DNA of 64,000 nucleotides from an uncultured Bacilli bacterium (GCA_947625085.1 CANQMV010000002.1:1490-65489); one strand, 5' to 3'; counted from the first letter of the stretch, positions 17,216-27,348 are shown. Numbers and translations: made by a program. The notes: generated by a model from the letters alone, not told the origin.

Positions 17216-17799
17216 TGAATATTCTAACATCGGTGCTACCAAAAAAAATAAAAATAAAAAATAAAATTTATGATATTAATTATGATTATAGAACTATTAT
17301 TAATATTTTAATAGCCTTTGAAGATGTTAATTTAACAAATGTTGAAAAAATGTACATTTTGTTAAAAAACTTTTATAAAGAAGATATTCCAGAAGAAGAA
17401 ACTGAAGAGGCTATTGAAAAGGCAATAAAATTTATAGATTTAGGTAAAATCGATAATAATCAATCAAAGAAATCAAATGTTAGATTATATTCGTTTGAAA
17501 AAGATGGAAATTATATTTTTTCTGGAATTAATTCAACTCATAATATTGATATTGAAAAAGAAACAGATTTACATTGGTGGAAATTTATGCCTTATTTTAT
17601 GGATATGAATCCAGAATGTATGTTTGGAGAATTAACATACTATAGAACTCGTAAAGCTGAAGGTAAATTGACTAAAGATGAAAAGAAGAAATATGAACAA
17701 ATTAAAGATATAATCGAATTAGAAGACGTAAAAGTACAATCAGAAGCTAGAAAAAAATTCTTCGAAGAATATCATAAATCACAAAAAAATAAAAGGTAG
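17215..17799 (+). CDS. Second tail chaperone-position protein (own ATG)
   Basis: ORF track; lies in the -1 frame relative to the previous gene but has its own start. Confidence 0.5.
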   Translation: MNILTSVLPKKIKIKNKIYDINYDYRTIINILIAFEDVNLTNVEKMYILLKNFYKEDIPEEETEEAIEKAIKFIDLGKIDNNQSKKSNVRLYSFEKDGNYIFSGINSTHNIDIEKETDLHWWKFMPYFMDMNPECMFGELTYYRTRKAEGKLTKDEKKKYEQIKDIIELEDVKVQSEARKKFFEEYHKSQKNKR

Positions 17800-17807
17800 G
17801 TGATTTA

Positions 17808-20048
17808 CTGACTATAAAAAAAGGCGCTGTTGTTATAGATACTCAGTTAGATAATAGCAAAATTAAAGCAGATTTTAAAAATTTAGAAAAAGATACTCAA
17901 TCTTTAATAAATAAATACAATAAGTCTGTTGACAGTATAAAATCACAAGAATTAGCAATTGAAAAAGTTAAGCAAAGAATTTCTGATATACAAAGTGGTA
18001 ATGTTGTTCCAAGTAGTATGAAAGAATTAAATTCTCAACTTTTTCAAAATGATAAAGAATTACAAAAGGTTTTAGCAAGGATTAATGAATTATCTACAAA
18101 AAGAGTTACAACCACAGTAGAAGATGCAGAATTGCAAAAATTGGAACAAGCTAAAGTAGATTTAACTCAAATAATTTCTGAAATAAAAGAGGAAATTAAC
18201 ACAGCTAAATTAGCAAATCCTGAAATACAAGAATTAGCATCAAAATTAGAGTTAATGAATAGTAGGTTAAAACAAACCAAATCGGAAGCTAATCAAGTCA
18301 AAGACAAAATAATAGATGCATTTAATCAAAAAAGTGTAACTAACTTTGGTGGTTCTATAAATGAAATAGGAACTAAAATTGATAAATTTAAAAATAGAAT
18401 GACTAGATTAATAGGAACGGTTGCTATATTTAATTTATTAAGACAAGGTTTAACTTCTTTAAGAAATGGCTTTATTTCAACGTTAAAAACTGATGATGCT
18501 TTTAGCAATAGTTTAAATCAAATAAAAGCAAATTTAATGACAGCATTTATGCCTATTTATAATGCAATTTTGCCAGCAATTAATACCTTAATGAGTGCAT
18601 TGTCTAAATTGACAGGAACAATTGCAGTATTTATTGCTAATTTATTTGGCACTAAATTAGAAGATGCAAAAAAACAAGCCCAAGGATTATCTAATGCATT
18701 AGATAAAACTTCTAAAAGCGGAAAAAAAGCAAGTGGTTCTCTTGCTAGTTTTGATAATTTGGAAGTAATAAGCGATTCTTCTTATGATTCCGCTGGTTCC
18801 GGTGGCGGAAGTGGAATTGATTATAGTCAAGATATTGAATATAGTTCAAGACTATTAGAATTTTTAAACAAAATCAAAGATTTTGTTACTACCAACAAAG
18901 ATGGAATAATAGCATTTTTAGCAGGAGTTGCTGGCGGAATAGCCGCTATAAAACTTGGATGTGATGGATTTTTAGCATTAGGTATAGGATTAGTAATTGC
19001 TGGAATTGTAACTTTGGTACAAGGAATAATTGATTTTATGAAAGACCCAAGTTGGAATAATTTTGCAACAATTTTACAGGGTCTAGCATTAATACTAGCT
19101 GGTGTGGCAGTTGCAATGATTGCATTTAATGCAACAAATCCAGTTGGATGGATAATGCTTGCAATTGCAGCTATAACAGCATTGGTTGCTTTAATTATAA
19201 AAAATTGGGATAAAATATATGCTTGGTTATGTAAAATTGGTACATGGATATATGATAATGTGATTAAGCCTATTGGCGATTTTTTTGTTAATCTATTTAA
19301 TTCGATTGTAAACGGAATTAAAGAACGTTGGCAATTAGTAATATCTATATTATCGATTGTAGCAAATTGGATTTATTCAAATGTAATAAAGCCAGTAACT
19401 GATTTCTTTGTGAATTTATGGAATAATCTCAAAACTGGTGCTAAAAATGCCTGGGAGGGTATCAAGTCTGTTTTTAGTACAGTATCTTCATTTTTTAAAA
19501 ATATTTTTTCTAATGCTTGGGAAAGTGTAAAAAAAGTTTTTTCAACAGGTGGGAAAATATTTGATGGTATAAAAGATGGAATTGTAAATTCTTTCAAAAC
19601 TATTGTTAATGCAATAATTAGAGGAATTAATAAGGTAGTATCAATTCCATTTAAAGGAATAAATACGGCTTTATCTAAAATAAAAGGAATTGATATTTTG
19701 GGAATGAAACCATTTGGTTGGCTTTCAACAATTAAAGTACCACAGATACCTGAACTTGCAACTGGTACGGTTATTCCACCTCGACATAGATTTGCAGCCA
19801 TTTTAGGAGACCAAAGACATGGCACAAATATTGAAGCTCCACTTGATACAATTAGACAAGCGGATGAAGAAGCAATGGAAAAAGTTATGAATAAATATTT
19901 TGATAATTTGAATTCTCAAGAAAAAGAAATTGTATTTAGAAATATGACATTTATCCTTCAGTTTGGCAATGCAGAAGCTAAAAAGTGGATATTAGATATG
20001 ATGAGATTAAATGAAAAGGATATGGGTAAACCATTGCTATTAAATTAG
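17808..20048 (+). CDS. Tape measure protein; probable CTG start
   Basis: Helical N-terminus, a central Gly-rich and multi-TM segment, and large size. The frame is open from 17793 with no ATG/GTG/TTG before 18018. CTG 17808 follows SD AAAGGTAGGTGA. Confidence 0.8.
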   Translation: MTIKKGAVVIDTQLDNSKIKADFKNLEKDTQSLINKYNKSVDSIKSQELAIEKVKQRISDIQSGNVVPSSMKELNSQLFQNDKELQKVLARINELSTKRVTTTVEDAELQKLEQAKVDLTQIISEIKEEINTAKLANPEIQELASKLELMNSRLKQTKSEANQVKDKIIDAFNQKSVTNFGGSINEIGTKIDKFKNRMTRLIGTVAIFNLLRQGLTSLRNGFISTLKTDDAFSNSLNQIKANLMTAFMPIYNAILPAINTLMSALSKLTGTIAVFIANLFGTKLEDAKKQAQGLSNALDKTSKSGKKASGSLASFDNLEVISDSSYDSAGSGGGSGIDYSQDIEYSSRLLEFLNKIKDFVTTNKDGIIAFLAGVAGGIAAIKLGCDGFLALGIGLVIAGIVTLVQGIIDFMKDPSWNNFATILQGLALILAGVAVAMIAFNATNPVGWIMLAIAAITALVALIIKNWDKIYAWLCKIGTWIYDNVIKPIGDFFVNLFNSIVNGIKERWQLVISILSIVANWIYSNVIKPVTDFFVNLWNNLKTGAKNAWEGIKSVFSTVSSFFKNIFSNAWESVKKVFSTGGKIFDGIKDGIVNSFKTIVNAIIRGINKVVSIPFKGINTALSKIKGIDILGMKPFGWLSTIKVPQIPELATGTVIPPRHRFAAILGDQRHGTNIEAPLDTIRQADEEAMEKVMNKYFDNLNSQEKEIVFRNMTFILQFGNAEAKKWILDMMRLNEKDMGKPLLLN

Positions 20049-20059
20049 GAGGTGATGCA

Positions 20060-20485
20060 CTGAAACAAATAAGAATTAGTAATACGCAAAATGAAAATGA
20101 TTATTTTGATATTCCTTGGGAGTGGTTACCACGAGGAACCCAAGGGCCTACTTTAAATGATTTGGAATCTAGTGCTGAAAGAGGTAAGATGACAGGTGCA
20201 TTGGCAAGAGTAAGATGTGCTGAGGTTCCAGCAGCAACTTTAGATATTGATGAAAGATTAACTCAAAAAGAAATATATCCATTATTAAAATTATTAAAAA
20301 AAGTAGAAATAAATATTAATTATTTTGAAAAATACCTAAATAAATATATAACAATGAAATTTTATGCTAAAAAGCCTAATCCTCCAATTTGGAAAATCCC
20401 AGAAAATGATAATACAGATGATATTATTTATGATACTTTTACAATAGAATTCTCAGGATATGAAGGGATAAATGATAATGATTAA
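20060..20485 (+). CDS. Distal tail protein (Dit-position); probable CTG start
   Basis: Frame is open from 20057. CTG 20060 lies 4 nt after SD AGGAGGTGA. The track start is TTG 20162. Confidence 0.5.
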   Translation: MKQIRISNTQNENDYFDIPWEWLPRGTQGPTLNDLESSAERGKMTGALARVRCAEVPAATLDIDERLTQKEIYPLLKLLKKVEININYFEKYLNKYITMKFYAKKPNPPIWKIPENDNTDDIIYDTFTIEFSGYEGINDND

Positions 20486-22952
20486 AGATTTTGATAATAA
20501 AAAAATTCAAGAATTTGAATATAAAAAAAGTATAAACGTTGATGGTGAAATAATTGGAACTTGTGAATTAGGAACAGCAGAATTTCAAATATTAAATAAT
20601 ACCAACGAATATAATAATTTAAAAGGTCAATGGATAAAGACTATCCATGGCTCTTTTTATATTTATAATGTAGAACCAGTTCAAGAAAAAATTAATATAA
20701 AAATAAGTTGTTATGATATTAAATACAAATTAGATACTCCTTATGATAGCAATTTATATTCGTGGCCTATGAATATGAAAGAATGGAGAAATAAAATAGG
20801 TTTTAATTGTGGTGTAGTATTTGATGATTCTGATTTTCCTAATAGTGATTTAATTTTAGAAAATCAACCATATATCGGAGAAAAACCAAGTAATAGAAAT
20901 GTTATACAACAAATAGCAAAAGCAGGTTGTAGTTTTGTTGATAATGATGAAAATGATATCTTATATTTTAATTGGTTTGAAGATAAAATTTATAAAGTAG
21001 ATGATTGGATAGAATTGACAACAGAAAGTAAAAAAACAGAACCTATAAATGTGGTAGTTTTAGGTCGAGGAGACGTTGAGGATAATGTTTATTGGCCAGA
21101 AGATTTGCCAGAAAATAAAGTTGAATTTAGAATTGATAATAATTATATATTAGACCCTCAAGATACGGAAACAAATTATGATAGAAGATATGATGTTATA
21201 AAATCAATCTATAATAGAGTAAATGGATTTTCATATTTGATATTTAATATGAGAACTCAAAAATTGGAAAAAAGATTATCTTTAAAATTAGGTCAAAAAA
21301 TTTCATATTCAGATATATGGGGTAATACATTAGAAGCTTATGTTATGAGTAAAACAATTAAATATTTAGGTGGAGATTCTACTATTGAAAACAATTATGA
21401 GGTTATTATATCAGCTTCAGAAATTAAAGAAAATTCCAGTGAATTTTCATATGCCTCTAATGTTGAAAAAAGACTTTTATCAGTTTCAAGAAAAACCGAT
21501 AAAAATGGTGGCAAAATAGAGGATTTAGTAAAATCACAAGATGAACAGTCAAAGAGGATGGCTCAATTAGAAATTGATAACAAGAGTATTACAGAAACTG
21601 TTGAAAGTGTACAACAGGATATTAAGAATTTAGAAGATACATATACTTTTAGCACCGATTTAGATATTAGTAATTTAATAATACCATCAAATGAAAGATT
21701 ACCTATAGAAACAGGTGATTTTTTTATTAATTATTATTCGTATTTTAAAGGGAAACAAGTAACTCCAATCGTGAGTATCCCTTCAAAAATAGAAGGATTA
21801 GAGATTACTAGCAATGATTCTCAATTAAAAATATCTGTTAGTTCAGAAACTCCAATTGCTAATCTTAACAACGAAGTTGAAATTAACTTTTTATATACAG
21901 AAGATGATTATGTTTATTCCGCTATGAAAAAGGTTATGATTACATTGGCACCAAAAGGAGTAGATGGTAAAGATGGAGAACCAGGAATACAAGGTCCACC
22001 TGGTGAAGATGGAGAACAAACATATTTTTATGTTAAATATTCCAAAAATTCTACAGGAGAATCAATGACCGATATTCCGAATGAAGAAACTGAATATATG
22101 GGTGTTTCAAGTACAACAAGTTCAATAGCCCCAACAAGTCCTAGTGCATATACATGGTCAAAAATTAAAGGTGAAAATGGAAAAGATGGGGAAAATGGTC
22201 AAAATGGTACTCCTGGTAAAAATGGAGAAGATGGAAGAACATCATATTTACATATTAAATATTCTGATGATGGAGTAACTTTTACAGAAGCAGATGATAT
22301 TTATGGCGAAGGTGAAAGACCAAGTTCATGGCGAGGAGAATATGTTGATTTTACACCAGAAGATAGTATCGAATTTAGTGATTATGAATGGTATAAATTG
22401 ACCGAAAGCATTGATGATACATTAAATGATTTACAAAATCAAATAAATGATACTTCAACAAAATCAGACAACAATTATCAAGATTTAGTTAACCAATTAG
22501 GTGACTATGCCAAAGAAGAAAGCATTACAGAAATAAGAAATCAAGTAACACAATATCAAACTTCAACTGAATCTAATATAACAGTTTTAGAAGAAAGAAT
22601 TAGGGATGGAGTAAAAGAAATTACAACTGAAACTGGGTATACATTTGGAAAAGATGGCTTAAAAATTTCTAAAACTGGTGCTCCAACTGGGTTAACAATT
22701 GATGAAAGTGGCCAAGAAGTAGTCGATAAAACTGGTGCTTCAGAACAAACGTTACAATATAACGGTTATGTTGATGATTCTATTGCAACTAAAACCCCAT
22801 TTTTAGATAATTATAAAGGTCAGACAGTCAACTATTCTAAAAATTTAATTTTTGAACAGTATTTAGCATCTCAAAATTTTAGAATGGAAGAATTTCAAGA
22901 TAGTGAGCAAGGGATTTGTTTAGGATTTTTCTATACTGGAGGTGGTAAATAA
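20472..22952 (+). CDS. Tail-associated (Tal-position) structural protein with collagen-like repeats
   Basis: 826 aa after Dit. Two Gly-X-Y runs (GVDGKDGEPGIQGPPGEDGEQ and GENGKDGENGQNGTPGKNGEDGRT) plus a coiled coil. Confidence 0.7.
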   Translation: MIMIKDFDNKKIQEFEYKKSINVDGEIIGTCELGTAEFQILNNTNEYNNLKGQWIKTIHGSFYIYNVEPVQEKINIKISCYDIKYKLDTPYDSNLYSWPMNMKEWRNKIGFNCGVVFDDSDFPNSDLILENQPYIGEKPSNRNVIQQIAKAGCSFVDNDENDILYFNWFEDKIYKVDDWIELTTESKKTEPINVVVLGRGDVEDNVYWPEDLPENKVEFRIDNNYILDPQDTETNYDRRYDVIKSIYNRVNGFSYLIFNMRTQKLEKRLSLKLGQKISYSDIWGNTLEAYVMSKTIKYLGGDSTIENNYEVIISASEIKENSSEFSYASNVEKRLLSVSRKTDKNGGKIEDLVKSQDEQSKRMAQLEIDNKSITETVESVQQDIKNLEDTYTFSTDLDISNLIIPSNERLPIETGDFFINYYSYFKGKQVTPIVSIPSKIEGLEITSNDSQLKISVSSETPIANLNNEVEINFLYTEDDYVYSAMKKVMITLAPKGVDGKDGEPGIQGPPGEDGEQTYFYVKYSKNSTGESMTDIPNEETEYMGVSSTTSSIAPTSPSAYTWSKIKGENGKDGENGQNGTPGKNGEDGRTSYLHIKYSDDGVTFTEADDIYGEGERPSSWRGEYVDFTPEDSIEFSDYEWYKLTESIDDTLNDLQNQINDTSTKSDNNYQDLVNQLGDYAKEESITEIRNQVTQYQTSTESNITVLEERIRDGVKEITTETGYTFGKDGLKISKTGAPTGLTIDESGQEVVDKTGASEQTLQYNGYVDDSIATKTPFLDNYKGQTVNYSKNLIFEQYLASQNFRMEEFQDSEQGICLGFFYTGGGK

Positions 22953-24346
22953 TGTCACTTTTAAAAGGAACAATAGTTGGTGGTAATGCCAAATATGTTA
23001 ATTATTATCTAGAATATACATTAAATTCACAAAATATTGCCTCTAATACTTCTAATATTACATTGCATATGTATGCACAAGCAACGTCTACTTCTGTTGG
23101 AACTTACAATACTTCTGGTTGTCCAGTAAAGATTTATTATACAAAAAATGGCGTTACAACTAATGTTGTAAATAGAAATCAAGGAATTGATTTTAGAAAT
23201 AAAAAAGTTGTTGATATGGGTAGTTGGACCGGTAATATTGAACATAATTCTGATGGTACATTAACAATTGGTATTGGAGGAAGTTTTTCAGGCACTGGTT
23301 CTTCATGGGTTACATCTGGTACAGTTAGTGGTAACTGGACATTAACAACAATTCCTAGAGCAAGTTCATTTACAGTTTCCAATCCAATTATCGGAGAGAC
23401 AGCAACAATTTCTATAAATAGAGCTAGTAGTGGTTTTACGCATACTTTATCATATTCATTTGGAACTTTAAGTGGTACAATTGCTAGCAATGTAGGTAGT
23501 AGTTGTAATTGGGCAATTCCTACTTCTTTTTATAATCAAATTCCAACATCTACTAGTGGCAATTGTACTATAACTTGTGTTACTTATAGTGGTTCTACTG
23601 AAATTGGTAGAAGTTCTAAAGTAGTTACAATCACATGTAATAAATCTGATTGCATACCAACGTTAAGTGTGACAGTTGTTGATGTTAATTCTAAAACAAC
23701 ATCTTTAACAGGAAATAGTTCAAAATTAGTTAGACATGTTTCTACAGCAAGGATTACTCCAAAGGCAACAGGCAAAAATGGTGCTAGCATTGCTAAAATA
23801 ACAGTTGGTGGAACAACAATAAGTTCATATTTAGATATACCTAACATAAACGAAGATTCTTTTATAGTTACAGCAATAGATAGCCGTGGATATTCAAACA
23901 CAACAATTATATATTTAACTTCATCGATGATTGATTATGTTCTATTAACCTGTAATGCTATTTTTAAAAGAACAACTCAAACAGGTGGAACAGTTCAATT
24001 AGAATATTCAGGTAATTATTTTAATGGAAGTTTTGGTGGAACAAGTAACACTTTAACACTTAAATGGTCTTATAGAGTTAAAGGAAGTTCAAGTTGGATA
24101 ACAGGTGGTAATTTATCACCAACAAAAAGCGGAAATACATATAGCGGCAAAATTACTTGTGGTTCAAATTTTAATTATCAAACAGATTATGAATTTATAA
24201 TTTATTATAGTGATAAATTAAATGACTTAGATACTAAAGCAATACCTCTTTATAAAAGTGTATCTCCATTTGCTATTTGTCAAAATGGGATTTTGCTAAA
24301 TGGTGTATTTTTAGGAGTAGAAATTGTAGATGAATGGGAGGAATAA
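22952..24346 (+). CDS. Tail fibre / receptor-binding protein (S/T/G-rich)
   Basis: 464 aa, beta-rich and low in charge. Position after Tal. Confidence 0.55.
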   Translation: MSLLKGTIVGGNAKYVNYYLEYTLNSQNIASNTSNITLHMYAQATSTSVGTYNTSGCPVKIYYTKNGVTTNVVNRNQGIDFRNKKVVDMGSWTGNIEHNSDGTLTIGIGGSFSGTGSSWVTSGTVSGNWTLTTIPRASSFTVSNPIIGETATISINRASSGFTHTLSYSFGTLSGTIASNVGSSCNWAIPTSFYNQIPTSTSGNCTITCVTYSGSTEIGRSSKVVTITCNKSDCIPTLSVTVVDVNSKTTSLTGNSSKLVRHVSTARITPKATGKNGASIAKITVGGTTISSYLDIPNINEDSFIVTAIDSRGYSNTTIIYLTSSMIDYVLLTCNAIFKRTTQTGGTVQLEYSGNYFNGSFGGTSNTLTLKWSYRVKGSSSWITGGNLSPTKSGNTYSGKITCGSNFNYQTDYEFIIYYSDKLNDLDTKAIPLYKSVSPFAICQNGILLNGVFLGVEIVDEWEE

Positions 24347-24371
24347 AAAATGTATAAAATTACAAAAACTA

Positions 24372-24399
24372 TTGACACAATAAACAGTTGTGCTACGAT
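24372..24399 (+). promoter_or_regulatory. Promoter-like element
   Basis: TTGACA (24372-77), 16-nt spacer ending in TGc, then TACGAT (24394-99). The predicted TSS falls at the start of the ACAT repeat. Confidence 0.35.
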
Positions 24400-24444
<45 letters not shown>

Positions 24445-24512
24445 AGTGCTTACGCACAAAAACAAATTACAAAAACTCCGAAAGGAGGATTTTAGGGGCA
24501 TAGGTGATTTAA

Positions 24513-24875
24513 TTGGCTGAAGTTAAATCATTTAAATTTAAAAATACTTATTTAGATTTATCAGGCATAAATGCAAAGGGAATTATAAAAATTGTTGATT
24601 CAGCCTTAACTATTCCTACTCCAACAAGGGCAGGACAAGGTGGATATATTAATCAAGTAGTAACGATACCATCAGGTTATACATCTATTTCGGCTATTTT
24701 TGAAAGTTCATCAATAAGTGATTCCTCTGGTCTTCAGTTAACACCAATTTATGGCTTTTTAAATAAAACCGGTTCAACTACTGTTTGGGTTCAATATTAT
24801 TCGCCGAATATAATTAATAATGCCGATGCATTAAGAATAAAACTTATTTGTATAAAAAGCAGTCTATTAAGTTAA
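24513..24875 (+). CDS. Small beta-rich tail-fibre-associated protein (TTG start)
   Basis: ORF track. SD AGGTGA. N-terminal KSFKFKN motif is shared with the next ORF. Confidence 0.5.
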   Translation: MAEVKSFKFKNTYLDLSGINAKGIIKIVDSALTIPTPTRAGQGGYINQVVTIPSGYTSISAIFESSSISDSSGLQLTPIYGFLNKTGSTTVWVQYYSPNIINNADALRIKLICIKSSLLS

Positions 24876-24897
24876 TAATTGTCCTTAATAAAAAGAT

Positions 24898-25287
24898 ATG
24901 AAAAGCATAAAATTTAAAAATAATATGTTTTTTGATGGAGAAATATGTGACATTGGGTCAAATGCAAATAATACTTATGTAAAATGGGCTAATGGATTGA
25001 TGATATGTTTTAGAATAACTGAAGAAAATTCAGCATCATATCAGTTTAAATGGGGAGAGCATTATGTATTTAAAATACCATATGCTTATGATTTTCCAGA
25101 AAAGTTTATAGAACCACCTTTTTTGATGTATGATATATTACCAACATCAAATTATGGTTGTTATAAAATAGGATATGCTTCACCAACCGTTACAGCTAAT
25201 AGTATTTCAGATTTATATGTCGCAAGAACGGATGCTTCATCATACACATATAAAATTTGGTTTCTAGCTATTGGTTATTGGAAATAA
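24898..25287 (+). CDS. Small beta-rich tail-fibre-associated protein (paralogous N-terminus KSIKFKNN)
   Basis: ORF track. Confidence 0.5.
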   Translation: MKSIKFKNNMFFDGEICDIGSNANNTYVKWANGLMICFRITEENSASYQFKWGEHYVFKIPYAYDFPEKFIEPPFLMYDILPTSNYGCYKIGYASPTVTANSISDLYVARTDASSYTYKIWFLAIGYWK

Positions 25288-25308
25288 ATAGGAAAGGTAG
25301 GTAATAAA

Positions 25309-25608
25309 TTGGAAAAATTTATGAAAAAATTAAAAAAATACTGGGGGTGGACAACTTTAACGGTAACTATATTAGCAGCCATTTTTGGTTGCTTTTTTAA
25401 AGTATTTAAATATTTTGATGAACAAAATGAAGAAATGGCTGAAACTCAAAAAATAGCTCAACAAGCTTTAATTTGGAATAAAGAAATCCCGACAGTTCAA
25501 AGAGCAGAAGTATGTGATATTTATTTGTCAAAAGGATTTGATAGTTACACAAAAAAGTTGTGTGAAAATGTAATTTTAGCAGATGAAAGTTTAAAAGTAG
25601 AAAGGTAG
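25309..25608 (+). CDS. Single-TM membrane protein (lysis-cassette position)
   Basis: ORF track. TM segment WTTLTVTILAAIFGCFF. Confidence 0.45.
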   Translation: MEKFMKKLKKYWGWTTLTVTILAAIFGCFFKVFKYFDEQNEEMAETQKIAQQALIWNKEIPTVQRAEVCDIYLSKGFDSYTKKLCENVILADESLKVER

Positions 25609-25617
25609 GAGACATAT

Positions 25618-25878
25618 ATGGAAATAACATTTGAATTAATATTTTCTGTTGTAACAGCAGTATTAACCGCATTATTAGGTACATTCTTTAAAGATAGAGT
25701 AGTACCAGCAAGATTTATTCCAATTCAAAATATCATAATTGGATTAATTGCAGCATTTGTTGCTGTATATTATGGCTTATTTAATGATGTAGCAACAGCA
25801 ATAATCATATCATTAGCATTATCACTTGGGGTTGGTGGTGCGTATGATGCTTTAAAAACTAAAAAAGAGGAGAAATAG
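25618..25878 (+). CDS. Holin
   Basis: 86 aa with 2-3 TM helices and a charged C-terminus (KTKKEEK). Lies immediately upstream of the endolysin. Confidence 0.75.
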   Translation: MEITFELIFSVVTAVLTALLGTFFKDRVVPARFIPIQNIIIGLIAAFVAVYYGLFNDVATAIIISLALSLGVGGAYDALKTKKEEK

Positions 25879-25881
25879 TAT

Positions 25882-26625
25882 ATGAGTAAATATGTTCAAG
25901 ATAATGAATGGGGTACTAAGTATCCAAATTTTAGAAAGGAAGAATTTAAGTGTCCATGCTGTGGTTCATATGGAAATGGTATAGCTACAACTTTACTAGA
26001 TACTTTACAAGAATTAAGAACGAGAACAGGTAAAGCTATAAATATTTCAAGTGGTTACAGATGTTCAAAATTCAATAAAAAAGTAGGTGGAGCTGTTAAT
26101 TCAGCACATATGAAAGGTTCAGCCGCTGATTTTTATTTTGCAGATGGAAGTTTAGGTAATCAAAATACAAGAATATCCTTAGTAAATGAATTAAAAAAAA
26201 CTAAATATTATCATTGGTGTTATTGTAATGTAAATGGAAATTATCCAAACATGGGAGCAGCAATTCATTTTGATAGCCAATTAATAGATTCAACATCTTC
26301 AAGCAGAGAAGAAAGAGTTAAATCACTTCAAAGAGCGTTAAATGCCGACTACAAATGCGGATTAGTTGTCGATGGTTCATTTGGTCCTTTAACAGAGAAT
26401 GCAAGTCATAACAATTATTTATATTATCTAAAAAAAGGAGCTACTAACCATATTAAGTGGCTACAAACTAGATTAATTGAATTAGGTTATTCTGTAGGTA
26501 GTAGTGGAGTAGATGGTTCGTTTGGACCTGATACTTTAGCAGCAGTTAAGAAGTTCCAAAAAGATAAAGGACTTATAATTGATGGAAATGTTGGAAAGGC
26601 AACTCATAAAGAATTAATTAAATAG
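25882..26625 (+). CDS. Endolysin: peptidase M15A-type domain plus two PG_binding_1 repeats
   Basis: N-terminus FRKEEFKCPCCG..SGYRC..NSAHMKGSAADF has the M15 zinc motifs. C-terminus carries a duplicated LQ..L..G....DG.FGP.T motif. Confidence 0.85.
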   Translation: MSKYVQDNEWGTKYPNFRKEEFKCPCCGSYGNGIATTLLDTLQELRTRTGKAINISSGYRCSKFNKKVGGAVNSAHMKGSAADFYFADGSLGNQNTRISLVNELKKTKYYHWCYCNVNGNYPNMGAAIHFDSQLIDSTSSSREERVKSLQRALNADYKCGLVVDGSFGPLTENASHNNYLYYLKKGATNHIKWLQTRLIELGYSVGSSGVDGSFGPDTLAAVKKFQKDKGLIIDGNVGKATHKELIK

Positions 26626-26684
26626 TATAATTTATTGTTATTGGTATTATATTAGTAGTGATATAGTTAAATTTTGAAAAATAG

Positions 26685-26714
26685 TTGACAAAACATAAAA
26701 AAATATGATAATAT
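26685..26714 (+). promoter_or_regulatory. Promoter-like element driving a ~230-nt leader
   Basis: TTGACA 26685-90, about 17 nt, then TGATAATAT. Confidence 0.4.
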
Positions 26715-26919
26715 TTAGGTACTTGATTGAGTTAAACGACTTAATTGTTATTTTGTGCTCTTTTAAGCAATATAGTATTTATGCAATATATTAACTATAT
26801 TTATGAATGAATAGGGTGTAAATTTTCTTCTTGCACTAACGCTTATTTTTTAATAAGTTTGAGTAACTTTTAAAGTGAAAGTATACATGTAGGACTGGGA
26901 GACTACTTCATTCATATTG

Positions 26920-26950
26920 CCCACACAATATAGTGTGGGTTATTTTTTGG
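26920..26950 (+). terminator. Intrinsic terminator at the end of the leader
   Basis: CCCACAC-AATATA-GTGTGGG followed by TTATTTTTT. Confidence 0.65.
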
Positions 26951-26958
26951 GGTATTTT

Positions 26959-27345
26959 ATGACAAAAAATAGATTTGTGAAAGAAGTTGGGTATATAACA
27001 CAAGATGTTGTAGATAAATATGGTTTGTATGAATACAATAAAAAACCAATCGTACGTTCATTAGATTTATATGCACACATCGAAAAGCATAAGGAAGATT
27101 TTCAAAGTAAGGAAAGTTTTTATTATTCTGTTGATAATATTGATTTAATAATACAAAATCCTGATTTTGTTTATTATGAAAAAGATAGAAATAGTTTATT
27201 ATATTTAAAAAAATTATATGAAAATATTTGTGTTGTTGTAAAATTGAAATTGAGAGATAATAAAAATTCGTACGTTGCTTCTATATATCCAATAAGTGAA
27301 TATAAAATCCAAAAACTTATAGAAAAAAGTTATATAAAAAATTAA
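26959..27345 (+). CDS. PBECR-like (phage Barnase-EndoU-ColicinE5/D-RelE-like) nuclease-domain protein, putative
   Basis: Pattern ..HIEKHKEDF..IDLIIQNPDFVYYEKDRNSLLYLKKL..VVVKLKL..NSYVASIYPI.. resembles that family. ATG 26959 is chosen because the 26917 extension is the terminator hairpin. Confidence 0.4.
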   Translation: MTKNRFVKEVGYITQDVVDKYGLYEYNKKPIVRSLDLYAHIEKHKEDFQSKESFYYSVDNIDLIIQNPDFVYYEKDRNSLLYLKKLYENICVVVKLKLRDNKNSYVASIYPISEYKIQKLIEKSYIKN

Positions 27346-27348
27346 AAT

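Noticed and set aside
16751-17799. Canonical -1 frameshift between the two tail-chaperone ORFs (gpG/gpGT)
   Set aside because: The downstream frame is closed by TGA at 17200-02, leaving only 4 codons of overlap with no slippery heptamer. The second ORF has its own ATG at 17215.
19373-19825. 150-aa minus-strand ORF inside the tape measure gene, plus similar antisense ORFs
   Set aside because: These are shadow ORFs inside strongly supported plus- or minus-strand genes, with no SD and odd composition. The set includes 194-385, 3110-3292, 6622-6813, 8833-9024, 11044-11280, 12369-12698 and 18326-18508. It also includes 23027-23901, 25406-25684, 34077-34268, 35004-35234, 38340-38570, 40867-41058, 45288-45539, 59298-59510 and 61204-61431.
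18018-20162. First ATG (18018) and TTG (20162) as true starts of the tape measure and Dit genes
   Set aside because: Long stop-free in-frame stretches upstream, each with a strong SD placed 4 nt before an in-frame CTG, make the shorter starts unlikely. This is unverified.
26917-26958. TTG 26917 as the start of the PBECR-like gene
   Set aside because: The extension consists of the terminator hairpin CCCACAC..GTGTGGG plus its T-run. ATG 26959 is used instead.
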